A stretch of DNA of 64,000 bases from Takakia lepidozioides (Eukaryota > Plantae > Bryophyta), in contig CM060731.1 of the NCBI GenBank assembly GCA_030704615.1, positions 59,210,001-59,274,000 of the forward strand, written 5' to 3'. The notes under the pieces are model-generated. The model was not told where the DNA came from. It made no database searches and was given only the letters and a program-made list of their open reading frames with translations. Below, in pieces: positions 10,923-23,878 of this stretch (its first letter is position 1; every line of letters starts with the position of its first letter). Both the position numbers and the translations under genes were made by a program.

Positions 10923-12491
10923 ATGAGTCTGTCTATGGAGAAACAGATTCCTCCCCAACCCTTTTCTGGCAATTTGCACAGGCACACATCCCCAGGTGGG
11001 CCTAAGGCTATCTTGTCCTGGGCTTCCGCCCAGCCCTGTGCAGTTCCCTCTAGCAGGAATGCTGCATATTCCAAAGGTGAAGAATCAGCAGTTACTGGAG
11101 GCGCTCCCCTCCAGACATTACAGTGGCCTACGAAGTCGTCTGCTCAACTATCTGGCAAGTTTGAGGAGCTGCTGACACCCAGTTCGGGGTGCCCTGCAGG
11201 GTCGGTGCCAGGGCCGACACCAATTCCTTCCCTACAGCAATGCAGCGAATACAAAGAGGCTATTATCTTGGGTAACCCTTTGTCAGGCAAATGCGGGTCA
11301 AAGCATGACATGTCACTAGGTCCAATTGCTCGATATATGCCGCAAGGAAAGACTGAAGCTTGCGCACAGCTTCCTAGAAAAGTGGATGGGATGCCAGGAA
11401 CTGACCCTCATGGTAAATCAGCTAAGCTGGCAGATGCCCTTGAAGTGCATTGTTCTCAAGCATGTCAGAAGCGGTTAATCATGTTTGACCAAAGTAGGGG
11501 GAGGGGGAGGATATTTGTGCGCTCAGCTCTTGTCCAGGAAATGTGCTCTCCATCACAAGCGGCTTCGACCATTGGTGATGACGGACGGCCTACTGAAGCC
11601 AACAAGACATCCATAGGCTTAGAAGCCACACTAGCAAGGGAGTTGAGGGACCCCCTTTCCAGGGTTACTACCTTAGAGGGGACTGTTGATGCAGATGCAT
11701 ACAGGAGAACTATAGCTACGGCTTTTGCAGCTCTGCAAGAGATGAGAAATGGGGTTCAGACCCCCAGCACTCCTACATCAAACAAAGTCAGACCTACTAT
11801 TACTCCTGCCATTGAGAAAGCAGAGAGCAGTGGCCACGGGAGCCATACTTTGAAAGAAGACACTGAAGACTTGGAAGCTCTGTTTAGTTCTGATGAAGAT
11901 GAGGGTAGCACTGGCCACACCCCATCAAGTGAGCTTACACATTCTGGTACCCAAACATCAAGCAGTGTGCTTCCATTGTACCAGGATATTGAGGAGGTCA
12001 CTGATTGTGCCTGTAAACGACAGAAAGTTGAAAATGTGCATAAAGTTGATGATGATGGGGAGGTAGAGTCTGCCCCTGCAACAGTAGAGGCTGCAGGGCA
12101 ATCCATGGACCCAAACAGAGGCCAAGCTACAGGGAAAATCTCCCTGTTATCATTCTCTTCACGGTGCTGTGTGTCTACATCTGACCCTGGCCCCTGTCCA
12201 ATGGAGGTCAAACATGGTCCAGTGAGCATGCCCTTGGAGCTCGGGGGGTTCCAACAGACTACTACTGCCAGACAGGAGGGTCCTACATCACTGTCCAGGG
12301 AGTCGAAAACATTGCAGTCGAAGAACGGATCACGGAAGGGGAAGATCAAGAAAACTGTGAAGCTGCTGAGAAGTATTATACCAGGTGGTGAGGGTATGGA
12401 AGTAGGGCTTGTGTTAGACGAAGCAATCCATTATGTAAGGCTGCTACAGCTCCGGGTTCAAATGCTTGAGACAGAGAGGAGGGGGGATTAA
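10923..12491 (+). CDS. SACL: SAC51/SACL-family atypical bHLH transcription factor (bHLH142-145-like), intronless, 522 aa
   Basis: Family motifs QKRLIMFDQS, KEDTEDLEALFSSDEDEGSTGHTPS and a C-terminal HLH RKGKIKKTVKLLRSIIPGG...LVLDEAIHYVRLL that lacks the basic E/R DNA-binding residues. First in-frame ATG is 10923 (the track start at 10914 is TTG); ATG 10935 is an alternative. Confidence 0.9.
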   Translation: MSLSMEKQIPPQPFSGNLHRHTSPGGPKAILSWASAQPCAVPSSRNAAYSKGEESAVTGGAPLQTLQWPTKSSAQLSGKFEELLTPSSGCPAGSVPGPTPIPSLQQCSEYKEAIILGNPLSGKCGSKHDMSLGPIARYMPQGKTEACAQLPRKVDGMPGTDPHGKSAKLADALEVHCSQACQKRLIMFDQSRGRGRIFVRSALVQEMCSPSQAASTIGDDGRPTEANKTSIGLEATLARELRDPLSRVTTLEGTVDADAYRRTIATAFAALQEMRNGVQTPSTPTSNKVRPTITPAIEKAESSGHGSHTLKEDTEDLEALFSSDEDEGSTGHTPSSELTHSGTQTSSSVLPLYQDIEEVTDCACKRQKVENVHKVDDDGEVESAPATVEAAGQSMDPNRGQATGKISLLSFSSRCCVSTSDPGPCPMEVKHGPVSMPLELGGFQQTTTARQEGPTSLSRESKTLQSKNGSRKGKIKKTVKLLRSIIPGGEGMEVGLVLDEAIHYVRLLQLRVQMLETERRGD

Positions 12492-14423
12492 CTTTGTGAC
12501 AACTTTAGGGTGAGCATCCTAGAGTGATTGGCTGCTTTCTCTGCTGCCTGGTTTGTAGGAGGTTTGGCAACATTGAACCCGGCCTGTGATTTGCTACAGA
12601 ACTGAGGAAAGTGCCAGCATCTAACAGAAAAAGAAAGCAGATGCAAAATTTGATGCTGCTTCACAAGTATTGGATTGAAGAACTTTGGATTGAAGAACTT
12701 ATCCTGCCAAAATGATCGCTGGTCAATGGAATTGTTTGGGCTCCTTTTAAGTGGCCTGAAGAGTGTAGTTGCGCAGCTGTTGTTCACCTGCCATGAAGGA
12801 TGTGATCTACTTTCAGGTTGGTAGTAAAGGATTAAATGCAGTCAACTGTCTTTACACACACGGATTCTGGTTCGCAAGGAAGTTGTTGGCTGTGTTCCAA
12901 AGGGATCCAATCTCCCTCACTCTATTGGAGTTTGGAGATTTCAAACCTGAAAAAGCTTTGGTCACTAGCTTTTGATTGGAGGGTAGCTCGCTGCCCTGTA
13001 GATGTTCAACATCATTGGATGGCTGCTGAATGTATATTAAGTGCTGGAATTTGATACCCAAGGTGGGAGACAGTTGAATTGCCGTAATATATACTGCTGA
13101 TCAGTCGGACTCCAAATGGTTTTGCTTGAAAAGACACTCATTATGCTCGTCCCTCACATAGCGAGAGGAACTGTCCTGAGACGTCCTTCGTCGATGGTAG
13201 ACTGAAACTCACGGCAAGTTCCACATTGCTCCGGTCCGGTACACGGATCTTCTCGCATAGTTGCTCTACGCACTCCCTCACATCCTAACCGCAGTCTAGA
13301 GCTTACACTCTCACACTCTCTGGACTAGCCCACACTCTTCTTTTCCACACAGTTCTATTATATGGTCTCGAGCTTTACGCTTTTTGGAATGGCAAACTGA
13401 TCAGGTAGTATAGTCAGCTGATGAAGAAATGAGGATTATGTCAAAAATGGTAAAAGGCAGCAACTGTTGTGATCATCCTGTAATATAATCCCACACTGTC
13501 CCTGGCTAGGCGTGAGTGTCATAGCCAGAATTCACTTAGTCAGATCTCCGCGTACTGTGAAACGTAACCCACGGGATGCTGCGAACAACTAATTCTGATC
13601 AATGCAAATCATAATAAATCAAGTGCTTCGAAATGTGTCTGATTGGCCATTCATATTTTCAGGTATGCAATGACATGCAGATGAACTTCTGCATAATTAT
13701 AAGTATAAGCTCTAAACATATTTCTACATAGGTGGACTGGGGAAGGGTTCCAGCTTTCTAGATGAAGACCCAGATGGACCTTCCCCTTCCAAGGGGAAGG
13801 TGGCCAGGCACTCCAACCCTGTTATCTACCAATTGTAGTTCAATATGGCAATTAAAGAGATAAGATTGCCGGATCCAATCCGAGGTGGTCCCACCAATCT
13901 CCAGTGCACTGCAATCTGATTCAAATGGAATGTATCCTGACGCCTCATGGCGTGTAAACATACCTATCAAGGATATACGATATAAAGCACGGTGTAATAA
14001 GAACTTGGCATTCTAAACGCTCCCTTCATGTCAGCTCAGTCCGTGCAACTGTGGCACTTTGAAGAGAAGGACGAAGACCAAGACTACCAGAGCTGGCAAA
14101 TCCCGTCAGGAATTTGAGTTGAGGAAAAAGCGTAGGTACTGGCAATCGAACGAGGACGAAACTGATCAGAACCTCGAGTAAGGGTGATATGATAGTTGTC
14201 AACGTCCTCAGCCACACCCCATTGGTCTCATGACGGGAAATCACAAGGACACAAGGACACAAAGCAAAAGTATAATGTCAGGCCGCGCACAAAGGTGCTA
14301 GAGAGAAGGATGGCAGCTTTCTATCGCCTGGGTCTGGAGAGCGGGTATGCAATAGCTCCTCCGGGATTCGAGCCCACCACCTTCTGGATCTTGTAGACAA
14401 AAGATTCAAAAGCAAGAGAGTTC

Positions 14424-14506
14424 TCCGACCTGCCGGATTCGAACCAGCGACCTAAGGATACCTGACACTCTACAGTCCTCCGCTCTACCAACTGAGCTAA
14501 GGTCGG
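14424..14506 (-). tRNA. tRNA-Tyr(GTA) with 10-nt intron (AGTGTCAGGT)
   Basis: CCGACCTTAGCTCAGTTGGTAGAGCGGAGGACTGTAG|intron|ATCCTTAGGTCGCTGGTTCGAATCCGGCAGGTCGGA: a 73-nt cloverleaf with the intron after position 37 and a T4 terminator downstream. Confidence 0.97.
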
Positions 14507-14609
14507 GTGGTGACAAATATATATCCTCGTCTGTAATTGTAAGGAAAAATCTCTGCACTATGATGTTTGAGGGGGTTTTCCTGCACACTAAATTCAAAAG
14601 CAAATTTCG

Positions 14610-14692
14610 TCCGACCTGCAGGATTCGAACCAGCGACCTAAGGATACCTGCAACTCTACAGTCCTCCGCTCTACCAACTGAGCTAAGGTCGG
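14610..14692 (-). tRNA. tRNA-Tyr(GTA) with 10-nt intron (AGTTGCAGGT); T-stem mismatch
   Basis: Same body as the neighbouring copy except the 3' T-stem strand is CCTGC instead of CCGGC; T4 run downstream. Confidence 0.93.
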
Positions 14693-16324
14693 ATCTATGT
14701 GTCATGTATTGAATCTAATTGTAATCTATTATCTCTACGGGGAAGTTTCTGCACAATGTTGTGAGGGGATTTTAACATTGAACGTTTCTTCCCTCTTCGT
14801 TTCCTCAGCGTTTGGTTCTTGCTGGCTGTCTGCGCTGCTCCTCTCTTCTTTCGCCATAGTTGTCGTCTTGCTGCTAGCATTTGCATGCCAGGTCTTCCTA
14901 CGATGGATGTCAAAGTTTTTGAGGAGGGTATACTTTCTCGAGCTGAAGAAGTTTCAGGATGCATTTGGACTCGTGGCAAACGGACTCAAGCTCTCATAAC
15001 TTGTGGCGGAGGACTTAGCTGGTGCTAACCTTACTGCTTTGATTGAAAGGAGGCTGTTAGACGGTAACCTTGTCAAACAAGCGTTGGTACAGCAGGTATA
15101 CTTCTCATGGAGTAGCGTATTAGATCTGCTTGTCACTTTCACTGTTGTTGTTGTTGTTTTCGTCGTCGACACTTCCCATTACACTACACTTAACAAAAAT
15201 GGAGAGCCAGAAGAAACAGCAATAGGAAGCTACGCCAACAAAATTAATATAAAAGATTGAAGTTTCTCAATCTGTTTACTTCTTAGCAGTTTGTTTCTGT
15301 CTATTTTGTTGGACTGTAAGCAAAGCAAGCCTATGCTGTCATATTTGTTTAGGGTTTAGCAAAGACAGAGACAGTTTATCTGTTTTTTCTGCTAGACACG
15401 TTGGTGTTTCTTCTAAACAAGATCTCCACATACCCTGGGTTGGGAGTACGGTACTCTCCTGATTCTCCTTTCTCTTCTTACATCTGAAGATGTGTTTATC
15501 CTCTCTTGAGTGAGGCTCAGGGTTTTCCATAATTGGCTTTGGTGTTATGACAGGACTACATGGTGACAAGATTCCCAATTCTGAAATATGATTAGGAGCA
15601 GAGCCACTGACCTGTTGTATCCTCTGAATGTAATAATTGAGTCTCCCAATGAGCAAATTAATACGCAAAAGCTACTGGCTAAAGGAGGGGAGCCAAAAAG
15701 AAACAGCCATAGAAAGTCAGACCACAGAATTCAGAACTGCACGGATGCTGGATGAGGTTTACTATACTCTCAAGACTTGTGTCGAGATGCTTGTTTGTAT
15801 CTCCGGACAAAGAAATCAGTCCATTTGTTGGTAGCAATATTGACATAAACCAGAACAGAACCATCAAATTTTTTCACTTCTACGTTTTTAGAGTTCATAT
15901 TTGCTTGACATGCAGAGAACTAGTCGGTTTTTCTTTTCTTTCTCTCTTTTCTGAAAAGAAAAGCCAAGTGACGGTGTCTTCGAACACTCTAGTTAGGAGA
16001 AGCTATTTCATGGTGTGCCAGGTGTGCTATTATAGTATCATGAAGTAGGATTGGACTTAGAAGTTGTTAGTCATGTGGTGAATCGCCATTGGGCCTCAAT
16101 GTGTGAGGTTTCTCTCTATATGACCTCCTTATCTGCTAGAATGTTTTATCCAAATTTTGTAGTCTATCCTGTTTCAATAGCAATTCCAGGCCATAGATCT
16201 TCCTGCTGTCCAATACGTCTGTTCTGAACTCTCAACTTTCTACTGGACCTGGCTTCATCCTCACATGGAAGGTTCTGTGACACAATAGAAATCATCCCGT
16301 AGCATATCCCTCTAATGCTTACTT

Positions 16325-16408
16325 TAGCACTGGCAACCCTGGAAAAGGGCAAAGAGGTCCATGGTGATGTCGTTCAAGCTGGAATTGTACCAGATGTCAT
16401 TTTGAACT
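16325..16408 (+). pseudogene. Isolated PPR L/S-motif fragment
   Basis: Translates LALATLEKGKEVHGDVVQAGIVPDVILN; very similar DNA to 42165-42235 and 42855-42903. Confidence 0.75.
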
Positions 16409-19400
16409 GTTATTTCCATGGCCTTTTCGCCATACATTTCATTTTGAGCTGATTGTTTTCTGTTCAACCAATGCACTGTATGAGGTGATATCCTGAAGAA
16501 ACGGAAGCTCATGGGTTCGGAGGAAACCAGCACAGCCCGTGAGACAGGTGAGTTTGCTCTGTTAGGGCCCTTTCACAGCAATGTACATAAGAATCGGATT
16601 CTTTGTAGGTTTTTCTCCTTATCATTGAACCCACATGGATTGGTATTCCTCACAACAGGTGGGGACCTTCTCTCTCAAATGTTGCCGCTGCTGGAGGTAT
16701 TACCTACTAAGGAAAATCTCTCCAATGTTCTGGAGACTGGTGTGGTTCCAGTACTGCGACATGTCTACAAGCCGGCTAGGAGAGATTCACGCAAGTGTTT
16801 GCTTGTAACAGATGATACCAAGTGGGATCGCCTGAGCTGTTCTCTCTTGGTCTCTCATTTCTGGGGAGGATATCTAGAAGAAGGCCAGAATCAATTGGAT
16901 TGAAACTGCAGTCCAGTACTGATCCAACATTACTACATCTTTCCCCTCTTTCGACAGGGAGTTTGCATTCCGGATTGACGGAACTGTTCAAAGTTGTTTC
17001 GGAATGGCTGATGAGCCTCACTTCAAGTGAAAGATTGAACTGTGAAGGCGTCATTTCAAATCTGGTTTCTTATTTTCCGCAATATTTGAAGCCAAGAACC
17101 GATAGCATGGATGGAGTGCATCCATGGAGTGCGTGTTATTGGCTCACCAAGCTTGTATGAGGCTTGTACTAGCAAGTCTACCTCTGGAAACACCAGAGCA
17201 TGGCAGAAGCTCCACACCAGCACTATCAGGACCAGTGTCAAAGGTGCGGACGTGTCCAGAGGCTACGAAGCAGCATTTGCTGACAGACATCTAGTGGTTG
17301 AAGTAGAAAATCAAATCGGATCATGAGTTTCACCTTGCAAAGGACACGTTGGTGGTCTATGGCGAGGAGCTCGGAGGCTAAAATTTGAAACGATGGAAAA
17401 TGAATGGAGTTTCTAACAAGGATCTTTTTCTTTCTGAAATGTTTCGAGTTGTGGATGATCCACCATCTGGAGAGATACATTTCAAATATCACCATGGAGT
17501 TGTGGAATCTTTGCCTGCTGAAGCCTTTGCAGCCAGCAAGAATACTTTCATTTCTCTCCCACATCAAACATGAAACTCATGTGTGTGAGAGACTAACCAG
17601 GTACATGGTACAAGGGTACCATCATGACAGGATCAGGTGAGGTATTATCGAGAACCTTTGGTAGGTACTTTGAGATTTAATGTCATCCCACTGGAGGGTA
17701 GCCAGACCCATGTTGAAGGGGCCCATTTCAGTCTCGGGGAATCTGACTTCTTATGTGGGAACCATTTGAAGATCTACAGTCAACAACTTGGAAGTGATGT
17801 AGGCATATAACAATATCTGATGGGGAACTTGTTTTCGGCCGACCCTAAGGCTGAATAAACTGCCCTCGAACCTTTGGATTGGAAGGAGTTTATCACAATA
17901 TTCTGGGGTTGATCTCTTTTCATGACTGAGTTTTATTGTAAGAGGTACACTACCATTCCTTCATGCCAGTGGCCACTACTGCCTTCCAGTGGTGATGTGG
18001 ATTTGGGTTGCCTAGAAAGGGAGCTCCTTGAAATAGAAGTTCCTTTTTCTGTGGCTACCGAGATTCCAAGTTGGATCTAGAGGAATGGTGAATCTACTTG
18101 GAAGAGAACTTTACGATGCTCCCGAACTTAAATGCCTTTAGAGATGGTGCAGCTGGAGAGATCTGGAGTACCATGCAGAGATGGAGCCGGGGACTAAAGA
18201 GACAGACCTAAACAACATTGGATGGAGCCAACTGACTAAAGAAATTCTATCATAAACCTGGATCCTCAGCTGCCTTGTGAGTGGTTATGCTCTCAGTGGA
18301 GAGAAGCTGTTGTGTCAGTTGCGAGTAGTTAGGTACAAGGTCATAGTGGGGGTCACTGATCTTTGGAAGGTGGACTGCTACCAAAAATGAGGGGGATTTT
18401 AAGTATAAGAGTCATCTTGAGCTTTGGATGTCAAGAACAAGTCAAATGACCTTCACATGGAGCTGCGAGAGTTCAAAGAAGGTATGAAATTGTCGGTTTC
18501 CTGGGGTCTGGAGGTATCAGCAGACTCTATTCTGTCGAAGATAAGAAAGACAGCAAGTTCACTGTCAAAAGTTCCATTGCCATCAAAGTCTTTGATGAGC
18601 TAAGTTTGGATGCTTGGAAAGTTCCAGGGTGTGACAGGAGTGCCAAGAGCATTAGGTTGGTTTGATGATGGGGAGTCTCTTAAAATTTGGCAGTAGGAGA
18701 AAAAAGCAGCAGGAGAAATTTCTGAAATGGAGATGGGATGGGGTGGTCTAGTCCAGGGGTTTGTGGGTATTCTTGCGGCACATTCTCTTGGTGCCATCAC
18801 TTGTTATGTGTGACCAGAGAAAATGGTGATTGGTAAGAGTGAAGGAGGTTCTAAGATCTTATACATTTTAGACTGGGTTATGCTATTCTAGAGGGTGAAG
18901 AAGAATACTTCAGTGGAGGAGACAGGATTTTGTAGAAGCTGGATGCTGACTCATACGATGTTGTTGAGGAGAAGGATGATCTTGAAGCTCTTGTTCACGC
19001 AATTTATGCACACTGTTTTGAGGAAGATTGTCGAGTTTTGCAACCAAAAGATCGCAAAGACTTCGAATCCAACGATTTTGGAGGCAACATATGGAAGAGT
19101 CAACAGGATGGAAGCCGCTCTTGGATGGAGCATCGAGAGGTGCTCATTGTGAGGTGGCACCATCCTTGGTTCCTCTTCCTCAGCAGGGGATGAAAGGATG
19201 ATGCACAAGGTCTTTTCCCTAGAGTTTGAAAGGTACTTGGGAGGGTTGGGACTGGCTTCTTAGCTGCTCCCTGATCATTTCACAGACCACTCCAAAATCT
19301 GCAGACTACAGACATAGGCTGGTTTAGCTTCTGTGTAAGTTTGGACATCATATGTTCCGGCATTGTGTAGAGTCCAATGAACAAAAGTCTACCGCAGCAT

Positions 19401-20703
19401 AGAAGTAGCAAGGACACGAGTTCTGTGCGATCGCCGAAGGTGAGCACCCTAACAATTTTACAACAGGCTCAACCCATGGAATGTACCAAACATTGTGAGG
19501 CTTATAAATCTAGAATTTGCAAGGGTGACTAGGTGTATGTGTGGGGTATGATATGAAGGATTTGCTTAGCTGAAAATCTGTGAGATGTTTCACATTTGCT
19601 CTCTGGTAAATTGCATATGAGGACTGTGTCTGGACACAAGATGACAACCAACAGGGATGTGAAAAAGCTCATTTGAAGGTGGGGACCAAAAGCTCTGCCA
19701 AACCATCTGCAGCCTCATTGCCCCGAATACTTTATCTACATGAGAGCACCGTCCATGCGTGAATACAAGTAAGAGTATTTTGTTTGTTTATTATTATTAT
19801 TAGGTTTAAGTCGGATGGGTCAGTGGGATGTTCTTAAGCACAGTAATGAAAGATAATAAGACACGAAGGGGGCGATGCTAATCATTGGCACTTGTCAAGG
19901 GTAAGTTATGGTGAAAAGGTTAGAAGAACACGTGACGAGTCGAGTAGGTAATGTGAACAATGTATGTAGACATGGATTCGCCGTACAGAGGTGCTCTTAT
20001 TCCATGGCCCACAGAAGGGAAAAAGTGAAGCAAAAAGCATGGAAGTCACAAGTGATGGCCTGCCGCTCTATGTAACACACATGGAGGGGCCCATGGGCGG
20101 GAGAGAAGGTGTATGGAGTGGATATAGAACCCAAGACTACTTGGGCGAGGGTATGAAGACAGAGGAAGGGGGACAAAAATCTATGGACGCATCGCCGGGA
20201 AATATCACAAGGTACTGTATGTAGTTGGGTGAGTCCTGTCGTCCTGTCCGGCTGTGTTCCTTCTTTGACATTTGGGGTCACTCAAAACCTGGCCCCGAGC
20301 ATCCGCGTTCGAGGCAGAGTCGAGAATAATCCTTGGGGGTCTGCGTGTTTGGCAGATCACCTCTCCCTCCCGGCACATCTCGTCTGCCAGGATGGCTATT
20401 TCTCTCTGGTCCTTTCCCTTGCAAGTTGGGGTGCAGTTTTTGAAGAGTTTTGGAAGTGGGATAAGGAGATCACCTTTCCCTTGAAGGCGGGTTCCTTCCG
20501 TGTGTTGCGACTGTGGGGTAGTACCATCCACTTACCTCGGTCTCAAATTCGATATTGGAGTTGGGTTGCGCCGCTCTATGTGTTTCTGAAGGTGGATTGG
20601 TGCTGGATCTCTCCCTCTTGGTGGGTTCCTGTGCGTCTCCTAGGTCTGTCAGGAGGCCCTCCCTCGCCTCACACCCCCCTTGAGAATGAGTGGAGGAATT
20701 TCA

Positions 20704-23700
20704 ATGACATCAAGGTCTTTCAGCAACCTTCTGGATCTCTCCGGGGAGTCTACCATCTCCGGGGACTCCATGTCGTTCATGCGTAACCGTGGTGGGCGCA
20801 TACCGCGGATCGTCTCAGCGCCGGGCATTTGCAGCGAGAGTCCCGATGACGACAGGGCAATTCACCGCGATGAGAGTGTCAGTACAGAGGCCTCCATATT
20901 ATCAGAGGAAAATCGCATGCTTATTGTGGCACACATTTTGCCCGTCAACGTCAAGAAGAATCCGGATGGAACCCCGGATGGAACCGGGATGAGTTTTGAG
21001 TGGGACAGAGACTCGTTGTTGTGGCAGCTTAAGGATGGGCTTAAGGATGGGCTGCCAGAAGAGATGGAGGTGATTTTCATAGGCTGCTTGAAGGCGGAGA
21101 TAGAGGTAGATGTCTGTGACGAAGATGAGGTAGCTGCCAATCTCCTCGAAAACTTCAATTGTGTACCTGCTTTTCTGCCACAAGAGTTGAGAAATCGATT
21201 CTATCAGGGCTTTTGCAAGCAGATGTTATGGCCACTATTTCATTATTTGTTGCCTCTCAGCCCCGAGCACGGGGGACGCTTCAACCGCTCCTACTGGCAA
21301 GCATACGTATCTGTGAACAAAGTGTTTGCTGACAAGGTGATGGAGGTGATAAGCCCTGATGACGACTACGTCTGGGTACATGATTACCACCTGATGGTTC
21401 TTCCCACTTTCCTCCGAAAGCGTTTCAACAAGGTGAAGCTTGGCTTCTTTCTGCATAGTCCCTTCCCCTCGTCGGAGATTTATCGCACCTTGCCAGTGCG
21501 GGATGACATCCTAAGAGCTCTGTTGAATGCGGACTTGATTGGGTTCCACACCTTTGACTATGCAAGGCATTTTCTGTCGTGTTGCAGTCGAATGTTAGGC
21601 TTGGAATACGAGTCAAAGAGAGGGTACATCGGACTGGAGTATTATGGGCGCACTGTGGGCATTAAGATAATGCCCGTCGGTATCCACATGGGTCAGTTCG
21701 ATGCTGGCTTGAAGCTCGCCGACACCAAGTGGCGCATTGGGGAGCTTACCTCAGAGTTTGAGGGAAAGAAGGTACTGCTCGGGGTAGACGACATGGACAT
21801 CTTCAAGGGTATTGGTCTGAAGCTGCAGGCACTGGAACAGCTGCTTCGTCAGCACCCCCACTGGAAAGGCAAGGTCGTGCTGGTGCAAATTGCGAATCCT
21901 GCCAGGGGATGTGGCAAGGATATCGAGGAGGCTCAGAATGAAGCCCACTCAAAAGCTGAGAAAATCAATAAAGAGTTTGGATGGGAAGGGTACAAACCGG
22001 TGGTGTTGTTGGAGAGGACTGTCCCCCTGTATGAGAGAATAGCTTTCTACACAATAGCTGAGTGTTGTGTGGTGACTGCTGTGCGCGATGGCATGAATCT
22101 CATTCCATATGAGTATGTTGCATGCAGGCAGGGCTGCTCTGAACTGGATGCAACCTTTGAGCATACCACAGCAGGGACGACAAAGACTCGAAAGAGAAGC
22201 ATGTTGATTGTGTCTGAGTTCATTGGATGCTCTCCCTCTCTGAGTGGGGCAATCCGGGTGAATCCATGGAACATAGAAATGGTCGCTGAAGCCATGAACA
22301 CAGCCATCACCTTGAAAGAGCCAGAGCAGCATGTAAGGCACGAAAAGCATTACAAGTACGTGAGCACCCATGATGTTGCTTATTGGGCGCGGAGTTTCAT
22401 GCTTGATTTAGAAAGGACCTGTCGTGACCATTCCCGGCGGCGGTGCCATGGGATTGGCTTTGGGTTGGGCTTCCGAGTTGTGGCTCTGGATCCCAGCTTC
22501 AAGAAACTCCGGACCGAGCTCATTGTTGCAGCATACAAGAAGGGCCATAGCCGGGCTATCCTTCTTGACTACGATGGCACGATGATGCCGACCTCACATA
22601 AGGAGAATCCCAGCCCTGAAGTCTTGTCATTGTTAAACACACTGTGTAGTGATCCCAAGAATGTGGTGTTTATTGTGAGTGGGCGCCCCCGTGCGAAGTT
22701 GATTGAGTGGTTCTCCTCATGCGAGAAGTTGGGCCTTGCAGCTGAGCATGGCTTCTTTTACAGGTATAAGTTGACATCCACCTTAGGCTTTCTTGGAAGC
22801 CAGCTCTTCTGTCCAGTAAAACATTTAGGTGGCCTTATGTGATCTTGTGGGAGCAACAACAGTTGTGACATTCAAGTCCACCCAGCTTCTATGCAAATGG
22901 GATTGGTGATGTCATGAATGTGTGTTTCAGTGTTGTCTCACTCTGCATAAGTCAGCTGATGTATGGTTATGCATGCAGGTGGCAAAGAGAGTTGGACTGG
23001 GCAACATGCAGGTGGCAGAACGGATCGGACTGGGACCGCCATAGTGCAACAGAGCGTGACATGCCAGTCATGAACTTTGAGTGGAAGCTGATTGCAGAGC
23101 CTGTGATGGAGCTCTACAAAGAGAGCACCGATGGCTCAGATATTGAGCGCAAGGAGAGTGCTCTTGTGTGGCACTACCGCTTTGCAGACCCAGACTTTGG
23201 GTCATGGCAAGCCAAGGAACTAATAGCTGACCTGGAAGGTGTGCTGACCAATGAGCCTGTCACTGTTAGGAGTGGTGCACACATTGTGGAAGTCACACCT
23301 CAGGTACAATTTTCAGAGCCTTGTGATAGTGTTCTTTGTGTGCATATACATATGCTGCATGGCACGATACATGCCGCAGCAGCTCCACATTACGTGGCAT
23401 GGAAGTTGTGTCGAGGGGATGTGCCAGGGTTTAAGGTTTTTTCATTTCCTGTAAAATAAAGGTATCCTGCCATTGGCCAAACATCCTTCTAATGCTTGAC
23501 TTGGCTTGTTTTGCTGCACCCAGTGCAATTTAATTTATGTTGCATGTTGTGTCGTAGGGTGTGAGCAAGGGGGTTGTGGTGGAGAAACTGCTCTTGATGA
23601 TGGAGAGGGATCACGGGTCATTACCCGATTTCATACTGTGTGTCGGCGATGATCGGTCCGATGAAAATATGTTTGAAAGTATTGAGACGCTGATGAAGGA

Positions 23701-23878
23701 TGCCCCTAGTGCTGATGTATACGCTTGCACAGTCGGGCAGAAACCCAGTAAGGCCAAGTACTATCTGGACGATACAGTTGAGGTGATCAAGATGCTGCAA
23801 GGCTTGGCGTCTGCATCAGATCCATCATCGGCCCCTCCTCTTCTCGACTTCACAAATGAAGCTTCGCTACATATTTAG
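20704..23878 (+). CDS. TPS: Class II trehalose-6-phosphate synthase/phosphatase (TPS5-11-like), 3 exons, ~901 aa
   Basis: Exons 20704-22763, 22979-23303 and 23558-23878 with phase-consistent GT-AG introns. Class II N-terminus MTSRSFSNLLDL (an in-frame ATG also lies at 20686). GT20 motifs WVHDYHLM, GFFLHSPFPSSEIYRTLP, RDGMNL and SEFIGCSPSLSGAIRVNPW; TPP motifs LDYDGTM, VSGR and GDDRSDE. Confidence 0.96.

Noticed and set aside
11756-12349. 197-aa antisense ORF over the bHLH, and similar antisense or alternative-frame ORFs over TPS, PPR and the LINEs
   Set aside because: Shadow ORFs of real coding sequence; many track ORFs also begin at TTG or GTG, which are not normal nuclear starts.
18015-18030. 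AAGGGAGCTCC resembling the 3' part of miR159/319
   Set aside because: The 5' part does not match and I saw no complementary star arm.
20229-20786. 185-aa ORF overlapping the TPS start, and a 30-aa uORF at 20392-20484
   Set aside because: The long ORF starts at GTG and has no recognisable motif; I know of no conserved peptide matching the short one, and the TSS is unknown.
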